A stretch of DNA of 15,380 bases from Elusimicrobiota bacterium. Lineage in GTDB: Bacteria > Elusimicrobiota > Endomicrobiia > CG1-02-37-114 > JAHJSO01. The position numbers and the translations under genes are program-made. Positions 1 through 7,479 of the stretch are shown one piece after another. The stretch lies in contig JBDRQF010000057.1 in assembly GCA_043826435.1 (NCBI GenBank), positions 1-15,380 on the forward strand, written 5' to 3'. Below the pieces are notes generated by a model that was not told the DNA's origin, made no database searches, and saw only the letters and a program-made list of their open reading frames with translations. Numbering within the stretch: position 1 is the first letter of the stretch; the number at the start of each line of letters is the position of its first letter.

Positions 1-1
1 T

Positions 2-286
2 GTTTGGGTAATAATTTGTCGTTTTGTAGGCCCTGCAATTTGTTTATTGGAAATAGAAATACATGCAAAACCATATAAAGAAGGTATTTTATATTATTTT
101 TTATATCCAATATATAAACCAAAGCAATATTATGAAATTGAGAAAGTAAAAGTTAATGGAATGAGATTTTTAACAGGATTATCTATAACTGTTGGTGTTT
201 ATATAATAGTTACATTATCAGATATTTTATTGACTTTTTTAGTGTCATATATTTTTAATATAGATATTAATCTATTTTTTCAATAA
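2..286 (+). CDS. Hypothetical membrane protein, 5'-truncated by the window edge
   Basis: Frame 2 is open from base 2 (VWVIICRFVGPAICLLEIEIHAK...) to TAA at 284-286, so the track's start at 47 is probably internal. Long hydrophobic C-terminal stretch (FLTGLSITVGVYIIVTLSDILLTFLVSYIF). Very AT-rich. Confidence 0.6.
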   Translation, partial: VWVIICRFVGPAICLLEIEIHAKPYKEGILYYFLYPIYKPKQYYEIEKVKVNGMRFLTGLSITVGVYIIVTLSDILLTFLVSYIFNIDINLFFQ

Positions 287-358
287 TGGAGAAAGAATTT
301 AAAACTAAAGATGGAAAATAGTCAACCAAAGTCAGAATATTAATGAAGTTAGTCGTCC

Positions 359-960
359 ATGCAAATTATAAATGAGAATCAGAAATTGGATAAAATAGAA
401 TTTAGAAAAAAACTACAGGAAATTGCAGACCACTATATTTGTGATGAACAAAAGCAGGCAATAGTAGAGTTAAAAAAAGTCTATTCTTATTCTATTGAAG
501 TTGTTAGAGAAGCAATTCAAGGTAGACCCGAAACATTTAGGTATAACTGTTTTATGAACACACTAAATGTGAATCACGAAGATCCGAAAAATCTTATAAT
601 GCTAATATCAGAACAAGAACTTAAAAATAATTATGATACTGATATATTTGTCGGAGTCGAGTTTGTAAATTTTTGTATTTCAAATAAATACTTAATGCTG
701 AATTCAACGATAGAAAAATCGATGAAAATAGTATCATAATGTATTTTGATGATAATTTTGTCCCAAAACATGCTGGTAAGATAAAAAATGGACGAGTAGT
801 TTCAAAGTGGGGTAAAAGTGGTCATCTATATGCTCACGATATTTGGGAGATCCCAATTAGTTATGGAACAAATGTAAAGTATTATCAAGTAATTTCTGAT
901 AAAGAAATAGTAGAGTGTTTTGTAGAATACGCAAAATCAAAAGATGTTGTTATCCCTTAA
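359..960 (+). pseudogene. Split or frameshifted gene for a putative Cys/His catalytic (papain/NlpC-P60-like fold) protein; ORFs 359-739 and 739-960
   Basis: ORF1 carries YNCF; ORF2 carries YF...KHAG...VVSKWG, which read as two halves of one domain. The ORF2 frame is open from 688 (ILNAEFNDRKIDENSIIMYF), so a single -1 shift in 688-738 fuses them. Alternative: two coupled genes (TAATG overlap at 737-741). Confidence 0.5.
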
Positions 961-1004
961 TTCAGATTTATATGTTTGAAAATATTCAGTTTGAAAAACA
1001 GTTC

Positions 1005-1114
1005 AAAAAACCACATTTGGGGTTTTGGGCAAATTTGCATGCTCAAAATTGGCACTTTTCTGACGGGCTTCCCGTGTTTTAGATGCTCACGACGGTACTA
1101 CATAGATAGATAAT
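1005..1114. repeat. 110-bp direct repeat, copy 1
   Basis: Aligns without gaps to 1889-1998 (offset 884); 79/110 identical by hand count; identical core TTCCCGTGTTTTAGATGCTCACGAC at 1069-1093. Confidence 0.95.
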
Positions 1115-1165
1115 CCCATAGATGTTTCTTAATAATGAAGTTTAAGAACAATTTTTAAAAACCCC

Positions 1166-1194
1166 TTGACAAAAGACCTTTCAAATAGTATAAT
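1166..1194 (+). promoter_or_regulatory. Sigma70-type promoter of the TA operon
   Basis: Perfect TTGACA (1166-1171), 17-bp spacer, TATAAT (1189-1194). Confidence 0.9.
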
Positions 1195-1195
1195 A

Positions 1196-1213
1196 GTATT
1201 ACAAGGATAATAC
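1196..1213. promoter_or_regulatory. Putative autorepression operator of the RHH antitoxin
   Basis: Inverted repeat GTATTA-N6-TAATAC over the expected +1 site; type II TA operons are typically autorepressed at such sites. Confidence 0.65.
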
Positions 1214-1310
1214 AACATAGTTTGGGGGCAGGGGACATCCTCCCCATCAACGAATTGAGGGGAATCCAACGGAAATAACCTTTTTTGAACTATACAGGAG
1301 GTAGGGCGAC

Positions 1311-1553
1311 ATGGCTTCTGTTAGAATAAGCATTACAGTCCCAAAAGAAGAATTTACTTTCATAGAAGAAGAAAGAAAAAGAAAAAAGACCAATCGAAGT
1401 CAAGTAATACAAGAGGCTATCAATCTCTTTTATAAAAATAAATTAAGCAGAAAGTTAACCAATAAATATATTACGGGGTATCAGCAAAAACCAGAAAAAC
1501 CTATTAGTGGAAAGTTAATGAAAATTCAATTTAATACTTTTGAGGAATATTAA
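1311..1553 (+). CDS. Ribbon-helix-helix (CopG/MazE-type) antitoxin
   Basis: N-terminal beta strand VRISITVP followed by helices with the NRSQVIQEAI motif; AGGAGG RBS at ~1296-1301; directly upstream of a PemK/MazF gene. Confidence 0.85.
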   Translation: MASVRISITVPKEEFTFIEEERKRKKTNRSQVIQEAINLFYKNKLSRKLTNKYITGYQQKPEKPISGKLMKIQFNTFEEY

Positions 1554-1554
1554 A

Positions 1555-1869
1555 ATGCGCAAAGGGGAAATATGGCTTGCTGATTTACCAGAACCCATTG
1601 GGAAACGTCCGGTAGTACTACTTTCTCGTGATGAGGCATATCAGGTAAGAACAAATATTACAGTAGCCGAAGTAACAACTACTATAAGGAATATTCCAGT
1701 AGAAGTACTGTTAGGACCAAAGGACGGTTTGACAAAAGAATGCGTAGCAAATTTTGATACGATAATAACTATAAGAAAAGACCTATTAATAAAACGTATT
1801 ACACTGCTATCTCCTGAAAAAACACAACAAATTAATGAGGCTATCAAGTTTGCGTTAGACCTACCATAA
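1555..1869 (+). CDS. mazF: PemK/MazF family endoribonuclease toxin
   Basis: MRKGEIWLADL...KRPVVLLS...VAEVTT... and a C-terminal QINEAIKFAL helix are typical of MazF. ATG at 1555 with GAGGA RBS preferred over the track's TTG at 1540. Confidence 0.92.
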   Translation: MRKGEIWLADLPEPIGKRPVVLLSRDEAYQVRTNITVAEVTTTIRNIPVEVLLGPKDGLTKECVANFDTIITIRKDLLIKRITLLSPEKTQQINEAIKFALDLP

Positions 1870-1888
1870 AGTTTCATCACAGAAAATT

Positions 1889-1998
1889 AAAAAACGGCAT
1901 TTGCAGTTTTGCTCAAATTTGGGGTGGGCAATCTGCATTTTTTGCAACGAGATTCCCGTGTTTTAGATGCTCACGACAGGATGACATAGATATCTAAT
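1889..1998. repeat. 110-bp direct repeat, copy 2
   Basis: Ungapped match to 1005-1114; identical core at 1953-1977; contains the palindrome TAGATATCTA (1987-1996). Confidence 0.95.
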
Positions 1999-2111
1999 TG
2001 TATGAAAATTAAAAGTGTAGGTTTATACAACTTTTGATGGTTATCGGCGTGCTTTGAAAGTTGCAGTTAACCTTTACTTAACAGGCCAGTCCCCGCTATA
2101 TATTCTAGTGG

Positions 2112-2141
2112 TTGACAAAAACAATGATAAAATGCTAAAAT
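2112..2141 (+). promoter_or_regulatory. Putative sigma70 promoter for Re-citrate synthase/nupC
   Basis: TTGACA (2112-2117), 18-bp spacer ending in TGn, TAAAAT (2136-2141). Confidence 0.6.
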
Positions 2142-2223
2142 GAGGTGCATGCATATCCAATATGAATTTAAGAACTGTGAACTTTTGATATAAAAAAATA
2201 GAGATGGAGAGTGAGCAGGGTTT

Positions 2224-3606
2224 ATGATAAAATATAACAAACGCAAAAGGGTGCTTGAGCAGGTAGAGTATAATTACGAACTTCAGGAGCCCAGGGAACC
2301 AAAACTCTACAAAGATATGTTTTCCTACGGCGAGGTGCCGAGAATCACCTTTAATTACCGGCTTGTGCCTATGGACCCCCCCGAAGAAATCTGGATAACC
2401 GATACGACTTTCAGGGACGGGCAGCAGTCCCTTCCGCCTTTCAGCGTTGAGCAGATTGTTGACCTTTTTACGATGATGCACAAATTGGGCGGGCCGAAGG
2501 GCGTAGTAAGGAGAAGCGAGTTTTTCGTCTATACACCGAAGGACCGGCTGGCCGTGGAGAAATGTCAGGCGAAGAATTACAGGTATCCCGAAATAACCGG
2601 ATGGATAAGGGCGAACAAGAACGATTTTGACCTGGTCAAAAAGATGGGGTTGAAAGAGACGGGAATACTTACATCCTGCTCGGACTATCACATATATCTG
2701 AAACTGAAAAGGACAAGGAAGCAGGTGCTTAAGGACTATCTGGAAATCGTTGATGAGGCGATTGAGAGAAAGATTATCCCGAGGTGTCATTTTGAAGATA
2801 TAACCCGCGCTGACTTTTACGGGTTCGTTGTGCCTTTTGCGGAAGAACTTATGAAAAAAGCAAGGGAAGCGAAAATGCCCGTAAAGATACGGCTGTGCGA
2901 TACCCTGGGTTTAGGGGTGATTCACCCGGGCGCCACGTTGCCAAGGAGCGTGCACGGCATCGTTTACGGTTTGGCCCACCTGGCTGGCGTGCCGCCGGAA
3001 TGGCTTGAGTGGCATGGGCATAACGATTTTTGCAGGTCGGTGAGCAATGCGACTGCCGCCTGGCTCTACGGATGTTCCGGAGCAAACGGCACGCTCCTCG
3101 GGATAGGGGAGCGGACTGGCAACACGCCGATAGAAGCCCTCATAATGGAGCACATCGGTTTAAGGGGGCACACGAACGGCATTGACACGACGGTAATAAC
3201 GGACATAGCAAACTACTTTGAAAAGAACATTGGCTATAAAATCCCGCATAACCAGCCGTTTGTCGGCGCAAACTTCAACAAGACATACGCCGGTATCCAC
3301 GCGGACGGGCTTCTTAAACACAGGGAGATATACACAATCTTTGACACGGAAAAGATTCTCAACCGGCCCATAGAAATCGGTATCACCGACAAGTCGGGGG
3401 CGGCGGGGATTACCCTTTCGCTGAATAATTATTTAAAAGCGAGGGGTTCCAAAAAGGCCGTTCATAAGGCGCATCCGGGCGTGATGAAAATCAAGGGATG
3501 GATTGACCGGGAATATCATCAGGGCAGGATTACGGTTATTTCAGAGGACGAACTCATTAAAAAGGCAGCGGAATACATACCTGAGTATTTCGCAAAAATC
3601 AAATAA
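2224..3606 (+). CDS. Re-citrate synthase (DRE-TIM metallolyase; isopropylmalate/homocitrate synthase superfamily)
   Basis: ITDTTFRDGQQ, HGHND metal site, GIGERTGN, AGIHADG; N-terminal P..YKDMFSYGEVPRITFN extension as recalled for clostridial Re-citrate synthases; no LeuA regulatory domain. Confidence 0.85.
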   Translation: MIKYNKRKRVLEQVEYNYELQEPREPKLYKDMFSYGEVPRITFNYRLVPMDPPEEIWITDTTFRDGQQSLPPFSVEQIVDLFTMMHKLGGPKGVVRRSEFFVYTPKDRLAVEKCQAKNYRYPEITGWIRANKNDFDLVKKMGLKETGILTSCSDYHIYLKLKRTRKQVLKDYLEIVDEAIERKIIPRCHFEDITRADFYGFVVPFAEELMKKAREAKMPVKIRLCDTLGLGVIHPGATLPRSVHGIVYGLAHLAGVPPEWLEWHGHNDFCRSVSNATAAWLYGCSGANGTLLGIGERTGNTPIEALIMEHIGLRGHTNGIDTTVITDIANYFEKNIGYKIPHNQPFVGANFNKTYAGIHADGLLKHREIYTIFDTEKILNRPIEIGITDKSGAAGITLSLNNYLKARGSKKAVHKAHPGVMKIKGWIDREYHQGRITVISEDELIKKAAEYIPEYFAKIK

Positions 3607-3687
3607 TTATGGGGTCGCTGTGCGACGAATAAGGAGCACATGGTTAGCGACGGGCTCGAGATGTGAGAGCCCAGGGGGACGAATGCA

Positions 3688-4956
3688 ATGGGAAATCTTG
3701 TGGGTTTACTGGGTGTGATTTTTATACTACTGGTCGCATATCTTATGTCCAACAACAGGAAGGCGATAAAGTGGCGGGTAGTCAGTGCGGGGCTTCTGCT
3801 CCAGCTTATTTTTGGCATTCTGGTTATGCGTACCACCCCTGGCAGGATGTTTTTTGATGTGTGCAACAGGGTTATAATAAGACTCCTGAGTTTTACGAAC
3901 GAGGGGTCGGGATTCTTGTTCGGCACAATCATATCGGGGAAACCCGTGAACATGGGTTTTGTTTTTGCTTTTCAGGTTTTGCCGACGATAATTTTTGTTT
4001 CCTCCCTTATGAGCATTGCGTATTACCTGGGCGTAATGCAGAAGATTGTGGAGATATTCGCCAGGATTTTTGTAAAGATTATGGGGACGAGCGGGGCTGA
4101 GTCCCTTTCCAATTCCGCAAACATTTTTGTCGGGCAGACGGAGGCGCCGCTCCTCATTAAACCGTATGTAAGCGAGATGACGAACTCCGAACTTATGACG
4201 GTTATGGTCGGTGGGTTTGCAACGGTCGCAGGCGGCGTGATGGCCGCTTACGTCGGGATGTTAAAGGACTACATACCCAACATTGCCGGGTTCCTGCTTA
4301 CGGCGAGCATTATGGCCGCCCCAGCGGGGCTTGCGCTTTCAAAGATGGTGTATCCCGAGACGGGCGAACCGAAAACAAAAGGGATGGTAAAAATTCCATA
4401 TACCAAGACCGACGTAAACGTCATAGATGCAGCGGCGAACGGAGCCTCCGCAGGGCTCACCCTTGCCTTTAACGTGGGCGGTATGCTGCTTGCATTTATC
4501 GCCCTGATAGCGATGCTTAACTTCGGTTTCGCTTTCGTAGGTAATATTATAAATTCCGTTTTCGGAACCAGCGTATCCCTGAGTTTACAACTGATTCTTT
4601 CGTGGATTTTTTCGCCAGTTGCGTGGCTTATGGGCGTGCCGTGGCAGGACTGCAGGATCGTGGGGCAGTTCCTCGGTGAAAAACTTGTGCTGAATGAATT
4701 CGTTGCTTATCTCAATATGATGAAACAACTCGTTGTGGACCCGAATTTAATAGGCCCGAAGGCGAAGTTGATAGCGTCCTTTGCGCTTTGCGGGTTTGCA
4801 AATTTTTCTTCAATAGCGATCCAGATCGGAGGCATCGGCGGAATTGCGCCCGACCGTCGTCATGATTTGGCAAAATTAGGGCTCAGGGCGATGGTTGTCG
4901 GTATGCTTGCAAACCTGATGACGGGGACTATTGCCGGTATCCTTTTCACCGGGTGA
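3688..4956 (+). CDS. nupC: Concentrative nucleoside transporter (CNT/NupC family)
   Basis: FAFQVLPTIIF, GTSGAES...ANIFVGQTEAPL, ATVAGGV, GEKLVLNEFVAY and FALCGFANFSSIAIQIGG motifs; many TM helices; AGGGGG RBS. Confidence 0.95.
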   Translation: MGNLVGLLGVIFILLVAYLMSNNRKAIKWRVVSAGLLLQLIFGILVMRTTPGRMFFDVCNRVIIRLLSFTNEGSGFLFGTIISGKPVNMGFVFAFQVLPTIIFVSSLMSIAYYLGVMQKIVEIFARIFVKIMGTSGAESLSNSANIFVGQTEAPLLIKPYVSEMTNSELMTVMVGGFATVAGGVMAAYVGMLKDYIPNIAGFLLTASIMAAPAGLALSKMVYPETGEPKTKGMVKIPYTKTDVNVIDAAANGASAGLTLAFNVGGMLLAFIALIAMLNFGFAFVGNIINSVFGTSVSLSLQLILSWIFSPVAWLMGVPWQDCRIVGQFLGEKLVLNEFVAYLNMMKQLVVDPNLIGPKAKLIASFALCGFANFSSIAIQIGGIGGIAPDRRHDLAKLGLRAMVVGMLANLMTGTIAGILFTG

Positions 4957-5013
4957 TTTCTGCCGGTGTCATTGATGATTTTTACCGGTATTACGGCTGA
5001 TTTCCGCCGGTAT
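4954..5013. repeat. Three 16-bp direct repeats (TGATTTYYRCCGGTRT) at a 22-bp period
   Basis: TGATTTCTGCCGGTGT at 4954, TGATTTTTACCGGTAT at 4976, TGATTTCCGCCGGTAT at 4998. Confidence 0.85.
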
Positions 5014-5018
5014 TTTTT

Positions 5019-6743
5019 ATGCGTTCATTAAGAGTAAAGGTTCTGTTCCTCTTTTCCCTCGCCGTTTTAATACCCATAGCAATAATAACATTCCTGATTG
5101 TATCAATAAGTTACAGGTCTTTGTGGAAATCAATCCAGAGAGAACAGACGGAGATAACCCGCAGGGTGGGTGAAAAGATATATTCCTACATAGAGTCAAC
5201 CAGAGGAATAATAGTCGGGCTTGCCAGCATAGAGCCCTCCGGTTACAACACCGGGCAGGTTAGAAAAAGGCTGTCCGAGGCGATGAAAATTTCAAAAAGT
5301 ATAACCGAGATAACCATCGTTGACAGGCAGCAGGGCAGGGATGTTATCCGGGCGGAGCGTCCTGGCAGGTACGTTGTATTCAGGGGAGGCACGGTTGACA
5401 GGAAAAAGCGGGAGGAATTTATAAAGGCGGTTTCAGAAAATTTTTACATAAGCAGGGTATATTTCTCAGAACAGCGAAGGCCGTATATAATAATATCCTG
5501 CGCGGGCAGGAAGGTAGTGGTAATAGCGAAATTGGGGCTTGAAGAACTCTGGAAAATTGTTGAAAACATAAAGATAGGAGACGGTGGGCATGCCTTCGTG
5601 GTTGACAGGACGGGCTATCTTATAGCCCATCCCCAGAAGGAAAGGGTAATAGCCCATGCAGATTTTTCAGGACTGCCGCCGGTAAAGGAATTTATGTCCG
5701 GAGAACTAAGGGCTTTCAGCGTATATCCCGACGAAGCCAACAGGGAAAAATTGATAAGTTTTTGTTACGTCGTTCCGGAAATAAGATGGGGCGTATTTAC
5801 TAATTTGCCGTATGGCGAACTCATGGCGCCCGTCAACAAGATGGTTTTCCAGACCTCTATATGGACGCTGGTTTTCAGCAGCGTGTTCCTTTTCCTCGGC
5901 ATAAAGTTCGTCGGCGGCCTGCTGGACCCGATAGGGCGGCTGAGAGAATTCGCGCATGAAATATCCCGCGGAAAATTTAACACGAAGATTGACATAAGAA
6001 CGGGCGATGAACTGCAGGAACTTGCAGGCACCTTTAACGACATGGCAACGGCCCTGCATGAACTTGAGGAATTAAGGCAGGACCTTATCTCAATGATTGT
6101 CCACGATATGAAGAGCCCGCTGAGCGGAATAATAGGCAGCCTGGATTATTTGCTTTCAGGGAGATTGGAAGCGTCTTCACAAAACGAAATACTGACGATT
6201 ACAAAACGTTCGGCGGACAACCTTTACGGTCTTGTCCAGAACCTGCTGGACGTATCAAAAATGGAAGACGGTAAACTTGTCCCGGATAAGACGGGCGTCG
6301 GGATAAACGACTTATTAAAGGACGTAACGGAGCAGTTTAAACTTATGGCTGATGCGGAGTCCAAGGGTTTTGAAACCAAAATTGCCGACGGGGTTTCGTC
6401 CGTCAGCATGGATTACGCGCTTATAAAGCGCGTCCTCAACAACATACTTTTCAACTCGCTGCACCATACGTCCGCGGGGGGAAAGATATGGCTGAACGTG
6501 GGGCATGATGACGGCAACGTCCTGTTTGAGGTGGGGGACGACGGCGTCGGCATTCCCGAGGAGTACAGGACAAAAATATTTGAAAAGTTCGTGCAGGTGG
6601 AACGCAGGAGAGCCCGTCTCCGTACAGGTACGGGGCTGGGGCTGACTTTCTGCAAAATGGCAGTTGAACTGCACGGCGGAAAAATCTGGGTGGAAAGCGA
6701 GGAGGACAGGGGGAGCAGGTTTTTTTTCACACTGCCGTTATGA
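5019..6743 (+). CDS. Membrane sensor histidine kinase (Cache-type sensor, HAMP, HisKA, HATPase_c)
   Basis: Two TM helices around a Cache-like region (IGDGGHAFVVDRTGYLIAHP); HAMP (TGDELQELAGTFNDM); H-box VHDMKSPL; N box NILFNS; G boxes DDGVGIP and GTGLGL. Confidence 0.95.
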   Translation: MRSLRVKVLFLFSLAVLIPIAIITFLIVSISYRSLWKSIQREQTEITRRVGEKIYSYIESTRGIIVGLASIEPSGYNTGQVRKRLSEAMKISKSITEITIVDRQQGRDVIRAERPGRYVVFRGGTVDRKKREEFIKAVSENFYISRVYFSEQRRPYIIISCAGRKVVVIAKLGLEELWKIVENIKIGDGGHAFVVDRTGYLIAHPQKERVIAHADFSGLPPVKEFMSGELRAFSVYPDEANREKLISFCYVVPEIRWGVFTNLPYGELMAPVNKMVFQTSIWTLVFSSVFLFLGIKFVGGLLDPIGRLREFAHEISRGKFNTKIDIRTGDELQELAGTFNDMATALHELEELRQDLISMIVHDMKSPLSGIIGSLDYLLSGRLEASSQNEILTITKRSADNLYGLVQNLLDVSKMEDGKLVPDKTGVGINDLLKDVTEQFKLMADAESKGFETKIADGVSSVSMDYALIKRVLNNILFNSLHHTSAGGKIWLNVGHDDGNVLFEVGDDGVGIPEEYRTKIFEKFVQVERRRARLRTGTGLGLTFCKMAVELHGGKIWVESEEDRGSRFFFTLPL

Positions 6744-6806
6744 ACATAAATACCGGCGTGCAATAAGGTTGCGCCCCCTTCAGCCAGGTATGTAAGGTGA
6801 AAATCT

Positions 6807-7172
6807 ATGGGTAAAAAAATTCTGATTATTGATGATGACAGGTCAATTTGCAGTTTACTTTCACATCTCCTAGACAACAAAGGGTATGATACGGCCGTTT
6901 CACACAGCGCCACGGACGGCCTTAAAAAAATAAAATCCGAATTGCCGCACCTCGTTATACTTGACGTTATGCTTCCGGATTTGCTCGGCTGGGATGTTTT
7001 AAAGACAATGAGGCAGGGTGACACCACAAAGGACATCCCTGTCCTGATGTGCACTGAAAAGAACCTGATGGATGACGTTGAAAAGGCGATGGAGTCCGGC
7101 GCCCAGGGATACATTACAAAGCCGTTTGAGATAGACAGGGTGATTGAAAAAATCAGCAGGACTATCGGTTGA
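6807..7172 (+). CDS. Single-domain response regulator (receiver only)
   Basis: ILIIDDD acidic pocket, phospho-acceptor in LDVMLP, conserved T (LMCT) and KPF; no output domain. Confidence 0.93.
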   Translation: MGKKILIIDDDRSICSLLSHLLDNKGYDTAVSHSATDGLKKIKSELPHLVILDVMLPDLLGWDVLKTMRQGDTTKDIPVLMCTEKNLMDDVEKAMESGAQGYITKPFEIDRVIEKISRTIG

Positions 7173-7190
7173 AGGCGGAAAGAGGCGAAG

Positions 7191-7427
7191 ATGGGAAACA
7201 TAATATGTCCGGGGTGCGGTCATGTCAACAGGGGAACATTGAAGCGCTGTCCTGTGTGTTTTGAACGATTGCATTTTGCCGGAAGCAGTCATCCGGGTGA
7301 GACGGGGGACAAGGGGTGGCGCAGGGTTGATAATAATTTAATTGAACGCCGCAGGAAAAATATAATGAGGTTCCTGCTTGCAGGGATTGCAGTATTAATT
7401 GCACTTATCATGTTGAAGTTCGGATAG
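7191..7427 (+). CDS. Small zinc-ribbon protein with C-terminal membrane anchor
   Basis: CPGC...CPVC pair, basic RRRK, then hydrophobic FLLAGIAVLIALIML; GAGG upstream; co-directional within the cluster. Confidence 0.7.
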   Translation: MGNIICPGCGHVNRGTLKRCPVCFERLHFAGSSHPGETGDKGWRRVDNNLIERRRKNIMRFLLAGIAVLIALIMLKFG

Positions 7428-7479
7428 ACCCGGCGATCCACCCGGCAGCAGTGATGCCGCCGCAGTGTGATATATTCAT

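Noticed and set aside
341..1142. TAATGAAGTT at 341-350 and 1133-1142, each ahead of an accessory gene unit
   Set aside because: A 10-bp AT-rich match in AT-rich DNA is plausibly chance, and the 110-bp repeat is absent before 341.
1005..1998. Reading the 110-bp repeats as CRISPR repeats, attC, dif or tRNA-derived att sites
   Set aside because: Only two copies 884 bp apart and no cas genes; no RYYYAAC/GTTRRRY boxes; no TTATGTTAAAT-like XerD arm; no tRNA 3' end on either strand. An IS-end origin is not excluded, but no transposase is visible.
974..2067. GTTTGAAAA doublet (974, 989) and TTTGAAAGTTGCAGTT (~2053) loosely recalling XerH/XerS-type dif sites
   Set aside because: Partial similarity from memory only; the second arm is missing and no recombinase is in the window.
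3664..3666. Selenocysteine readthrough of the in-frame TGA before nupC
   Set aside because: No convincing SECIS hairpin downstream, nupC has its own RBS and normal N-terminus, and CNT transporters are not known selenoproteins.
4954..5013. Mini-CRISPR reading of the 22-bp-period repeats
   Set aside because: Repeats (16 bp) and linkers (6 bp) are far too short and the copies are degenerate.
2074..7292. Long antisense ORFs (2074-2790, 3519-3953, 6413-7201) and other short minus-strand ORFs
   Set aside because: All overlap well-supported + strand genes and have no motifs.
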